Below are positions 10,413-19,114 of a stretch of DNA of 64,000 bases, one piece after another (the stretch's first letter is position 1; the number at the start of each line of letters is the position of its first letter). A program made the position numbers and the translations under genes. The notes under the pieces were generated by a model. The model was not told where the DNA came from and ran no database searches. It saw only the letters and a program-made list of their open reading frames with translations. The DNA lies in the NCBI GenBank assembly GCA_963708075.1, contig OY970194.1, positions 7,232,001 to 7,296,000 of the forward strand, read 5' to 3'. This stretch comes from Sedimentisphaerales bacterium. Its GTDB lineage: Bacteria > Planctomycetota > Phycisphaerae > Sedimentisphaerales > Anaerobacaceae.

Positions 10413-11634
10413 CAGGGCTATCGCATCTAAATGCCAAGGACCTTAAGCAGGTAGTCTCGGTCCCAGCCGGCTCGGAGGCGTTTGGCGGCGATGCCGCCCT
10501 TGGCCGTCTTCTCCTGCTTGAGCAGCATCAGGGCGATTCGACGCAATCGCGAGAAGTTCTCGGCGGCGTTGGCCACTCGGACTCGACTGGCGTCCTCATG
10601 GAAACTCACGTCCAGCGACCAGTGCAACTGGACCTCCACGGACCAGTGATGGCGAATCAATGTCCCCAGACGCTGGGCACAGTGTCCCGGATGGGAGCTG
10701 ATGAAGTAGTGTCGCTTTCGTTCGCACTGGCCGTTGACCTGACGCTCTCGCTCGATGGCCGTGAGGCTGCCCAGACCCGGCCAGTCGTGACGCCCTTGCA
10801 GCCATCCCACATCGCTGGTAGTCCACACCCGGCGGGTTTCCAGTCGTCCATGGCCTTTTTCCACGGTTTCCCAGAAGTCCTGCTCGCCGGCAAACCCGTG
10901 GGCGATGCCGTCCTCCATGTACATCCGGGCATCCTCGTACAGAGTCCCTTGGTTAGCCTTGAGGGCCAGCACATAGTCGCCGCCCTGATCGACGATCTGC
11001 TCGGCGATCTCCTTTTGACAACCCATGGCGTCAATCGTGATGGTTGCCTCCTCCACGTCGAGCAGCTTGAGCAACTCCGGGATCGCGGTGATCTCATTGC
11101 TCTTGGCATCGACCGCCCGTTGGCCGAAAGCCACGCAGTTCTCGTGGACCCAGGCACTGACCATGTGCAACGGGCCTTTGGCACGGACCCGATCAAAGCT
11201 GTTTCGCAGGGTCTTGCCGTCGATGGCGATGTGCTTGCCCCGGCTGCTGCCGGCCAGATCCGCCACAAACGCCTGCATGACCGCTTCAAACGCATCCGGG
11301 TCCAGGGCGGCAAAGACCCGACCAAAGGTATCATGCGATGGAATGCCATTGGGCAGGTCCAGAAACGTGCCAAACCATTCCTCGTTGACGTTGCCGAACA
11401 TCTCTACGTCCGTCCAGTGCTCAGCCCCGCAGATCACGGCACAGACGCCAATGACCAGAATATCCTGTAATTCATGCCGTTTCGTCCGCTCCACGCGAGG
11501 ATCAGGAACCGCGGCAAAATGATCCCAAATCGATTTCTTCATCAAAAACGTATTCCTCTCTACTTGAAGTGTCTTGCTTCTGAGAAGAATACGAAACCAT
11601 GCCTGCAAAGGCTCAATTTAGATGCGATAGCCCT
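10413..11634 (-). mobile_element. ISAs1-family insertion sequence, intact
   Basis: Perfect 19-bp TIRs (agggctatcgcatctaaat at 10414-10432, inverse at 11616-11634). Direct repeat ataacgtggg at 10403-10412 and 11635-11644. Confidence 0.95.
10427..11542 (-). CDS. ISAs1-family DDE transposase
   Basis: [61 protein letters not shown]. Confidence 0.97.
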   Translation of the reverse strand: MKKSIWDHFAAVPDPRVERTKRHELQDILVIGVCAVICGAEHWTDVEMFGNVNEEWFGTFLDLPNGIPSHDTFGRVFAALDPDAFEAVMQAFVADLAGSSRGKHIAIDGKTLRNSFDRVRAKGPLHMVSAWVHENCVAFGQRAVDAKSNEITAIPELLKLLDVEEATITIDAMGCQKEIAEQIVDQGGDYVLALKANQGTLYEDARMYMEDGIAHGFAGEQDFWETVEKGHGRLETRRVWTTSDVGWLQGRHDWPGLGSLTAIERERQVNGQCERKRHYFISSHPGHCAQRLGTLIRHHWSVEVQLHWSLDVSFHEDASRVRVANAAENFSRLRRIALMLLKQEKTAKGGIAAKRLRAGWDRDYLLKVLGI

Positions 11635-11653
11635 ATAACGTGGGTAATTTCCC

Positions 11654-11682
11654 TTGCATTCTGCGTCCTGCCGAGCTACAAT
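11654..11682 (+). promoter_or_regulatory. Putative sigma70 promoter
   Basis: TTGCAT-N17-TACAAT upstream of a GGAGG RBS and the ATG at 11742. Confidence 0.55.
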
Positions 11683-11741
11683 GATAGATGGAAAAAGGCG
11701 CAGACTTGCGCAGGGCCGGAAGAAGTTGGAGGAGTGGTGAA

Positions 11742-12281
11742 ATGAAACGAATCACTATTGCTTTCCTGACGGTGATGGTCTGGCTCGGTATTTCAGGGGT
11801 CGTAGCCGGCCAGGTATCCTGGAACACGTGGGAAGACTTTGTCAGCAAGATGTCCGGCCAGAGGAGCTCCAAGTCGGCGACTTCCGGGGCTAAGAACTCC
11901 GCATCGGGGAAGAGTCCGGGGGCGGGAAGTGCCACGGCGGAGAACTCGGTGCCCCTGGATGCTGCAGGGGAGATGTACCTATCGCCGACGCCCGGAGGAC
12001 AGAGCTACACATCCGGGCAGAGTTACGCGTCACCGACCTCGACAGCGACGAGCTACGGTTCGCCACGATTCACGCCGGTGAGCTTCACGCCGCCAAAACC
12101 TACTGCGATGAGTTACACGTCGCCCACCTCCACGGGCGTGAATTTCACGTCCTCGAATTTCACGTCTGTGAATTTCACCTCGTCAGGCTTCACGTCGGTG
12201 GCGTTCACGTCGTCGGGCTTCACGAAGGTGAATTCCTCGTCGCCGACATTTACGCCAATCAGTTTCACTCGGACGAAGTAG
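11742..12281 (+). CDS. Small secreted Ser/Thr-rich protein with C-terminal pentapeptide repeats
   Basis: RBS, Sec signal peptide, ~18 tandem five-residue units (VNFTS SNFTS VNFTS SGFTS VAFTS...). Confidence 0.75.
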   Translation: MKRITIAFLTVMVWLGISGVVAGQVSWNTWEDFVSKMSGQRSSKSATSGAKNSASGKSPGAGSATAENSVPLDAAGEMYLSPTPGGQSYTSGQSYASPTSTATSYGSPRFTPVSFTPPKPTAMSYTSPTSTGVNFTSSNFTSVNFTSSGFTSVAFTSSGFTKVNSSSPTFTPISFTRTK

Positions 12282-12466
12282 AGATCCGCATCACAAGGCA
12301 GCCCATTGCGCCACATGAGAGCGCTGCTCGGTTTGCGCAAGACTGAGCTATGCCCAGATTACGGTTGCAGGTCCCGCCGTTGCGGGATTATAAAGGGTGG
12401 TGCAGAGATCGTCACGGCGTGCATTCTTTCGGCCTCAGGCCATTTCGCATGGGAAAGGGTCATGAA

Positions 12467-13822
12467 ATGACAAAGGGCGAGTGGACAAGACGGCAATTCA
12501 TGGCGGCATCGGCGGGCTCTTTGGCGGCGGTTTCCTCGCGAACCGTGCCGGCCTACGGGAATCTCGCGAAAAGAGCGGGCAAGCTGGCGATCCTCGGCGG
12601 CGAGCCGGTCCGGAAGAACAAGCGTTGGCCGGAATGGCCCTACTGGGACGAGAGCGTCATTCAGTCTGTCCTCAAGACCACCAAGAGCGGGATCTGGTGC
12701 CGGATTCAGTCCAGCTCGGGCACCGTCACGACATTTGAAAAGGAGTATGCCAAGCTGCTGGGCACGAAGTACTGTGTGGCCACGGGCTCCGGCACACAGT
12801 CCTTGCACACGTGCGTGGAAGCGATGGGCATCGGTCCCGGCGACGAGGTCATCACCTCGCCGTACACGGACCCGGGCACGATTGCCTCCATTCTCTCGGC
12901 CCGAGCGCTGCCCGTGCTCGCGGACCTCGACCCGCAATCGTACCAGCTCGACCCGGAGGACGTGGAGAGGAGAATCACGGAGAATACGAAGGCCCTCATG
13001 CCCGTGCACATGATGGGACAACCCTGCGATATGGGCAGGATCATGGCCATCGCGAAGAAGCACAACCTCAGGGTGATCGAGGACGCCTGCCAGGCGCACC
13101 TGGCTGAGTACGGTGGCAAGAGACTGGGGACCATCGGCGACGTTGGCTGCTTCAGCTTCCAGACGAGCAAGACGATTGCCTGCGGCGAGGGCGGCGGCAT
13201 CATCGGCAATGATGATGATCTGATGGACAAATGCTACACCGTGCACAATCACGGGACATCCCGGCGGGGCGCGACGGAGATGATCGGGCCGAAGTACCGG
13301 ATGAATGAGTTCGAAGCGGCCGTGCTGCTCGGTCAGTTGCCCGGCGTGATGGAACGCTTCGCCCGTCGCAATGAGAACGCCGCGTATCTCACGTCGAGGC
13401 TCAAGGAGATCCCGTGCCTGACCCCCCAGAAATTATACGAGGGGACAAGCAGCGGCTCGTTCTATCTCTACACGATGTCCTACCACAAGGAGCACCTCAA
13501 CGGCGTGGATCGTGCGACCTTCTTCAAGGCCCTGCGTGCCGAAGGGGTGGACCTCAGCGAGTACATCAAGCAGGGCCTGCACAGGGAGCCGTGGATCGAC
13601 AACGTCCTGGGCTCGAAGGTCTATCAGAAGATGTACTCCCGCGAGCGGCTGAAGCAATATCGGGACGAAGTAAGATGTCCCAAGTGCGACCAGGTCTGCC
13701 AGGAGATGGCGATGCTCTGGGCTTCCGGCCCGCTGCTGGGAACGAAGGAGGATATGGCCGAGATCGCCGACGCGATCGAGAAGGTTTACGAGAACCGCGA
13801 CCAGCTCAAATCGATCGCGTGA
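12467..13822 (+). CDS. Tat-signal DegT/DnrJ/EryC1/StrS aminotransferase
   Basis: TRRQFM signal; GIGPGDEVI, PVHMMG, IEDACQAH, FSFQTSK (PLP Lys), GEGG. Confidence 0.9.
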   Translation: MTKGEWTRRQFMAASAGSLAAVSSRTVPAYGNLAKRAGKLAILGGEPVRKNKRWPEWPYWDESVIQSVLKTTKSGIWCRIQSSSGTVTTFEKEYAKLLGTKYCVATGSGTQSLHTCVEAMGIGPGDEVITSPYTDPGTIASILSARALPVLADLDPQSYQLDPEDVERRITENTKALMPVHMMGQPCDMGRIMAIAKKHNLRVIEDACQAHLAEYGGKRLGTIGDVGCFSFQTSKTIACGEGGGIIGNDDDLMDKCYTVHNHGTSRRGATEMIGPKYRMNEFEAAVLLGQLPGVMERFARRNENAAYLTSRLKEIPCLTPQKLYEGTSSGSFYLYTMSYHKEHLNGVDRATFFKALRAEGVDLSEYIKQGLHREPWIDNVLGSKVYQKMYSRERLKQYRDEVRCPKCDQVCQEMAMLWASGPLLGTKEDMAEIADAIEKVYENRDQLKSIA

Positions 13823-13888
13823 CGAGCAGTCAGGCCATCGCCCAGTCTCGGCGTACAGCACTATGCGGCATCAGAAAGGGGGTGCAAC

Positions 13889-14611
13889 GTGAACGGGCAG
13901 CAGCCGGTGGGGCGGCGGGCAGCGCCGCGATTTCTGGAAACGACGGTCAATCTGGAGAAGAAGTTCCTTGAGGGCCGGCAGAATCGGCCGGAGGAGTTGG
14001 AGAGCGCGGTTCGCTACTTCCTCGAATTCCTCATGGGGTTCGAGTCGCTGGAGATCACGTCGCCTGCGGTGACGGTGTTCGGCTCCGCCCGGTTCAATGA
14101 GTCCAGCCAGTACTATCAGCTCGCGCGGCAGATGGGCTGTCGGCTGGCCGAGGCGGGCTACACTGTCATTACCGGAGGCGGGCCCGGCATCATGGAGGCT
14201 GCCAATCGCGGGGCGAAAGAGGCCGGCGGGCTGAGCGTCGGCTGCAACATCAAGCTGGCCAGCGAGCAGAAGCCCAACGCGTACGTGGATCACTTGGTGC
14301 AATTCGACCATTTCTTCGTCCGCAAGGTCATGCTCGTGAAGTACTCCAGCGCCTTTGTCGTGCTTCCCGGCGGGTTCGGCACCCTCGACGAGGTCTTCGA
14401 GACCCTCACGCTGATGCAGACCCAAAAGATCGAGCAGTTTCCGGTAGTGCTCATGGGCAGTGCATTCTGGGGCCGCATGCGGGCGTTCATGAAGGAATCG
14501 TTGTTGCCCGAAAAGACGATCAATCCGGAGGACGTGGAACTCGTTCACATAACCGACTCGCCCGAGGAGGCGGTGAGCATTATCGTGAGGGCCGACAGCG
14601 AAGAGCCGTGA
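13889..14611 (+). CDS. LOG-family (TIGR00730-type) protein
   Basis: VFGSAR, TGGGPGIMEAAN, PGGFGTLDE. Confidence 0.92.
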   Translation: MNGQQPVGRRAAPRFLETTVNLEKKFLEGRQNRPEELESAVRYFLEFLMGFESLEITSPAVTVFGSARFNESSQYYQLARQMGCRLAEAGYTVITGGGPGIMEAANRGAKEAGGLSVGCNIKLASEQKPNAYVDHLVQFDHFFVRKVMLVKYSSAFVVLPGGFGTLDEVFETLTLMQTQKIEQFPVVLMGSAFWGRMRAFMKESLLPEKTINPEDVELVHITDSPEEAVSIIVRADSEEP

Positions 14612-14617
14612 GTCGCG

Positions 14618-15634
14618 TCATGGGCGTTTGCCGGTGCGTTCGATCAGTTCCCCGGCGGCGGCTTCCCCGAGAATCCATTTGAGCCTGGCCCGCGTCCAGT
14701 CCCGCTCGTCGTCGAAGCCCGCTTTGTCATAGAACTGAAGGAGCGTCGCGTATCGCTTCCCCACGTCGAATCCGATGCTGTGCTGCAACTTGTGCAGGTC
14801 TACAGGACAGACGTGCATCGGGCGCGCGTCGCTCTCCGCCAGATGGTTTGAGCCATTGAGCACGCAACGGAAGTAGATGCAATGCTGGAGCCCGAACATG
14901 TGGGCGGTCTCGTGGACGAGGACCTTGCAGCTTCGGCGCAGCAGGGTCTTCTCATAGTCGGGGCCTCGCGGCTGGCCGTAGAAGGCCGGGTCGTAGCGAG
15001 CGAAACTGTACACGCCCACCCGCTCGCGCAGGCTCGCCTGCCCGAAGACGAAATTCCACGATGGATCGGGATAGAGGTCCTCCATGGTGATGCCGAGCAG
15101 GCAAAAGGCATCTTCCGGGACCTTCTTTTTCAGAAGCTCGAGGATGTCGGCGGTGAGAAGTTGGCGATTCTGCGTCGTCGGGTTACGGCGCAAGGTGAGG
15201 CCCGCATCGGTAATGACCAGCCGGGGCAGTATGCGCACGTTCATCACGAACCAGGCAGCCGCATACTCGCGGAGCAGGTCCTCCGGCGGCGCCTTTCCTG
15301 GCGGGAAGTCGCCAAGCGGCTGGAGGTAAATGATGCGCCGCTTTGCATCCGGACGGTTCGGCCGGGACTGAAGGAACTGCTGGAAGCTCTGCCCGCTCTC
15401 CTGATGTGCGGCCAGCCAGTCGCTCGGACCGGGCGCCGGCACCGGCTCGAACTGACTTGCAGGATCAAGGGCCTTCCTCAAGCTCGGCGGGAGGTCCGCG
15501 ACAGGACCGATCGCTTCAAGTCGCTTTTGTGCATTCGGTACCTCAAAAGCCATAACAGCTACTCCTCCAAGCAGTGCGATGGCAACGCTGATCGACCCCG
15601 CGGTGATTCCATATCGTCGCAATACCCATCTCAT
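14618..15634 (-). CDS. Archaemetzincin (M54) Zn metalloprotease
   Basis: WNFVFGQA; HETAHMFGLQHC....C.LNGSN; N-terminal hydrophobic segment. Confidence 0.9.
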   Translation of the reverse strand: MRWVLRRYGITAGSISVAIALLGGVAVMAFEVPNAQKRLEAIGPVADLPPSLRKALDPASQFEPVPAPGPSDWLAAHQESGQSFQQFLQSRPNRPDAKRRIIYLQPLGDFPPGKAPPEDLLREYAAAWFVMNVRILPRLVITDAGLTLRRNPTTQNRQLLTADILELLKKKVPEDAFCLLGITMEDLYPDPSWNFVFGQASLRERVGVYSFARYDPAFYGQPRGPDYEKTLLRRSCKVLVHETAHMFGLQHCIYFRCVLNGSNHLAESDARPMHVCPVDLHKLQHSIGFDVGKRYATLLQFYDKAGFDDERDWTRARLKWILGEAAAGELIERTGKRP

Positions 15635-15830
15635 ATCGCGAGGCTACCAGGAGCACTCATGCATGTCAATGAGGCAACTGGGGCGCCGGGCGGCGCCGCG
15701 ACCCGATGCGGCAGACGGCGAACGGTTCGATTGAATCGGGAAGCTCTTGTGAAGAGAAAGCCGGTGCCCGACCTGGTGTCGAGCGCCGGCGGATGTTGAG
15801 ATGCCTGAAGTAATATCGCTCGTGATGATC

Positions 15831-16301
15831 CTAGAACCCGTAGGCCATTCTCAACTGCTCATTGGTCGGCATGTTCGTATACCATTCGTTGCGCGGGCCG
15901 ATGTAGCATTGGCCTCGCCGAGTCAGTGTCACCGATGTCTTGGAGCCGTTCGAATTCGTGATCCACACCGTGACCGTGCCCTCCTCGACCACCGGCTCGC
16001 ACGATCGCACCACCACGGGCGGCTGCGGGGCAACGACTACTCGCTCAACGACCGGCGGATGCACGACTACCTCGCGATGGGGCCGCCCGATCTGGATCAA
16101 CCGATGTCGCCACGGACTCGTGACAATGACTTTTCTGTGCACGGGCGGATGATATACCGGCGAGGGGACCGGCGCACCGATCCAGACACCGATGCCGGCG
16201 TGGTGCGAGCCAACCAGCACGGTATCCGCGTACAGTCCGCGCCCCAGGAGAAGGATCGCCATACCGCCGACCACCATCCAGAAAGCTCTTTGCCGCATCA
16301 T
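15831..16301 (-). CDS. Hypothetical secreted Pro/Val-rich protein
   Basis: Signal peptide, RBS AAAGGG, C-terminal VWITNSNGS...YIGPRNEWY...PTNEQL; GC hairpin downstream at ~15760-15790. Confidence 0.7.
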   Translation of the reverse strand: MMRQRAFWMVVGGMAILLLGRGLYADTVLVGSHHAGIGVWIGAPVPSPVYHPPVHRKVIVTSPWRHRLIQIGRPHREVVVHPPVVERVVVAPQPPVVVRSCEPVVEEGTVTVWITNSNGSKTSVTLTRRGQCYIGPRNEWYTNMPTNEQLRMAYGF

Positions 16302-16799
16302 AGTAGTACCCTTTCATTGATCCTTCACACGATGGCTCAAGCAACCTCACACGCCACGGCTCGGTCCCGGCCTTCATTCTCCTGCCGTGCCGACCGCCGG
16401 CAGAACACTTGTCTTCCGCATTCTACCTATTAAAGGCCGCAACAAGGCACTTGGTAACGGCTTTCGATGGCCGACGAATGGCCAATCCAAATTCCCGGGT
16501 GGCATCATCAAGCGAAGCTTGGCGATGGTGCTGTGACCGTTCAAGGACGCCATCGCCAAGGGCCTTCGGCCTTGACGCTGCCACCCGAAGTCCAGAGATT
16601 CATGTTCCGGGATTCCTGTGGATCAGCCGCCTCAGTGCAGACCCGGATGCGTTCGAGACGGGTTGGAGATTGGACGGACTCGTCCCTGTGCGGCGAAACG
16701 ACTCGGGGCCTGTGCCAATGGGACACAGGCCCCGACAGATGTTCAACTCTCGGACGAGACCGCCACAGCCTGTGGCAGCCCCATCCCGAAATAGCAGGA

Positions 16800-18455
16800 C
16801 TACTGCCCGGCGGGAGCGGGTTTGACTACCATGATGTCATCGATGAACAGCTTGCCGGCACCGCCTGCGTTGGAGGCATTGCGGTCGCCAACACCGATGG
16901 ACAGCTTCTTGACCGCTGCCAGATTCACTCCGGTGAACCGGCTGAGCGGGATCCTCCACTGAGTCCACTTGGGAGCACTGACCGCAGCCGGATCGGCGTG
17001 AACGACGATGGCGACACGCTTGGATGCATCTTCAATTGCGACGGACAGCGGGGCCGGTGCATTAGCCGTCTTGCCTCTGAAGTAGAGGACGAGGTCGTTA
17101 ACATCATTGGATTTCCAGTCCTGTGCGGTGGCAAATTCTCGCTGGGCCTCGCTGTACCAGGGCTGGTTGATGTTGTTGTAGTCCATCGGCATGGCCTGCA
17201 GGCCGCTGTGGATAACGGATAACTCGGCGAACGGAGGCTCAGCATTCCCGACCGCAGCACCGGTGCCGTTGCCGAGATTGCCCGGCGGGGGCTCCGTGAA
17301 GCCCAGACCGTCAATCCAGGTCTGAAAGATGCGACTGCCGACGTCGTCCGTATAGCTCTCGAAATCATCGACGAGGATGCATGTGGTGAAGTTCCAGACC
17401 GGGCCGGGCTGGATCGTGTCGTCGACCAGGACCTCATCCACGCGCCAATAATAGGTGGTCAAACTGTCGAGGACTCCCGGGACGAAGTTCGGATCCTCCG
17501 GATTGATCTGGCCTTTGTCCGCCTCTGCCGTACCCTGGGCGACGGCATCACGGTTGTTGCTGAAGAAGATCTGGTGTCGCCAGGCATCCATCCCCGGCAA
17601 CCAGCGAAGGGTCGGGGCCGGCGAGGCCTCGTTCGAGCCATCCGCCGGGACGGGCCGATAGGCCGTCAAGGCCCGCATCATGAATGACCAGACGTCGCCG
17701 GCATGCGTTGTGACGCCGTCCTTTTCGATTTCATCTACGCGCCAATAGTAGGTCACACCCGGCGTCGCCATCGCAGGGAAATAGAAGAACTTGAGGTCAA
17801 ACTGGCGAGCCGACTTGAGATCTGCGGCCGTCAGATCCGGACTGGTGCCTATATACACGCTGTGGAACTTCGCGTCTTCCCCGGCCTTCCACGCCAATGT
17901 CGGCACGACCACATCAGCGGCGCCGTTGGCGGGACTCGGCAGGCGCGCCTGGAGAGGACGGACATAGGTTGTGGACAAGACATCCGCCGGGATGGCCTCC
18001 TGCTTGCCACCGGGCGGTGTCCAGTACAACTCGATGACGGCGTCGCCGCCACTTTCATAGAATTCCAGCCGCATGCCATATGTCTTGCCTGCCTCCAGCG
18101 GAATGGGTGAGCTGTTGTTCCATGAGGCGGAGTGATCGCCCCAGTTGTCGATGACCCACTCGCCGGACAGCAACAGGCGCACTCCGTCGTCGCTTCTCGT
18201 GGAGAATATGTAGTCGCCCGTGTCCGGGGCTGTGATGCTGCCGGTCCAGCGGACGCAGAAGTTGTCCACTCCCATTGCAGTATCAGGGGCATTGCCCGCC
18301 CAGTTGAAATTCACCGCCTCCGTGCGGGTCAGTACGGGCGTGCCGGTGAATTGCCTGCCTGTGAAGTACTCTCCCAACAGCCCCTGGGCATGCGTGGTCC
18401 CGAGGGGAAGGAGCCATAATACAATGAGGACCAGGAAATAGAGTCTCCGCGCCAT
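16800..18455 (-). CDS. Secreted PA14-domain protein with YYWRVDE modules and a C-terminal carbohydrate-binding-like domain
   Basis: AAGGAGG RBS, signal peptide, PA14 motifs (F.VRWTG, SDDGVRL, EFYE.GG), two YYWRVDE, VDDFESY...FIDDI. Confidence 0.85.
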   Translation of the reverse strand: MARRLYFLVLIVLWLLPLGTTHAQGLLGEYFTGRQFTGTPVLTRTEAVNFNWAGNAPDTAMGVDNFCVRWTGSITAPDTGDYIFSTRSDDGVRLLLSGEWVIDNWGDHSASWNNSSPIPLEAGKTYGMRLEFYESGGDAVIELYWTPPGGKQEAIPADVLSTTYVRPLQARLPSPANGAADVVVPTLAWKAGEDAKFHSVYIGTSPDLTAADLKSARQFDLKFFYFPAMATPGVTYYWRVDEIEKDGVTTHAGDVWSFMMRALTAYRPVPADGSNEASPAPTLRWLPGMDAWRHQIFFSNNRDAVAQGTAEADKGQINPEDPNFVPGVLDSLTTYYWRVDEVLVDDTIQPGPVWNFTTCILVDDFESYTDDVGSRIFQTWIDGLGFTEPPPGNLGNGTGAAVGNAEPPFAELSVIHSGLQAMPMDYNNINQPWYSEAQREFATAQDWKSNDVNDLVLYFRGKTANAPAPLSVAIEDASKRVAIVVHADPAAVSAPKWTQWRIPLSRFTGVNLAAVKKLSIGVGDRNASNAGGAGKLFIDDIMVVKPAPAGQ

Positions 18456-18758
18456 GGGATTCCTCCTTCAGAAGTGTCCAAGTTCGGTGTCCAGCCATAT
18501 GCTGGGGCGCTACCTCCCCGGCTCCGATGCAGAGATGGGGCCTGTGTATTGCCGAGCCGGGGCCAGTCTCACAATGAGACCGCAAAGATGATTGTCCGTG
18601 TGCCACAGGACTGGTAGGACAAGCAGTCCGTAGCCGGGCATCACCTCCTTTCTGCAGATACTGCCACGATGGCAAGAGTTCAGACTCCGTGGTCTCCCGG
18701 GCCTGCAGACTGACAAGCTTTCAAGCTTGCGGGCCACGATGTTTCCGGACAATCATCT

Positions 18759-18787
18759 TCTATAGCAGATTTCAGGGCAGGCGTCAA
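18759..18787 (-). promoter_or_regulatory. Putative sigma70 promoter of the PA14 gene (~300-nt leader)
   Basis: TTGACG-N17-TATAGA with TG extension. Confidence 0.45.
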
Positions 18788-19114
18788 GACTCTTCGAGCA
18801 CAATTCCATTGTTGGGTACGGCCGGCCTTCGGTGGCGGATTCCGGCGCCGGCGCGGAGCGAGCGTCCTCGCTCCCTCTGCAGCACGGCACGGCTCGCCAC
18901 CATCGAAGATCCGTCGCACACCCACTATCCCGGTGTGATTTGTCTTGCAGGAAGGGGACTCAGATGGTATCTTGAAGACCGGTTGGAATTTGCAGGCTCA
19001 TGCGGTTAGTAGCGACACAGCGGGGCTGTGGGGCAGGTTCGTTGCCCGGGTCCGGCTGGTGTCCTCGCTGGAAAGCCAGCAGACACAGAGAGTTGTGTTT
19101 GTCACAAGCTTCCC

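Noticed and set aside
8860..10437. 525-aa version of the ceramidase-like ORF
   Set aside because: The extension runs into the IS end. The signal peptide begins near 10203.
10265..11470. 401-aa ORF antisense to the transposase, and similar long shadow ORFs (1553..2869, 19553..20983, 53957..55237)
   Set aside because: These are GC-rich antisense shadows of well-supported genes with no recognisable motifs.
12140..12245. CRISPR-like repeat array
   Set aside because: The 15-nt period is in-frame coding repetition without unique spacers, and there are no cas genes.
18640..18654. ATCACCTCCTTTCT matching the 16S rRNA 3' end
   Set aside because: No other rRNA sequence flanks it. It is better read as an SD-like element on the minus strand within the leader motif.
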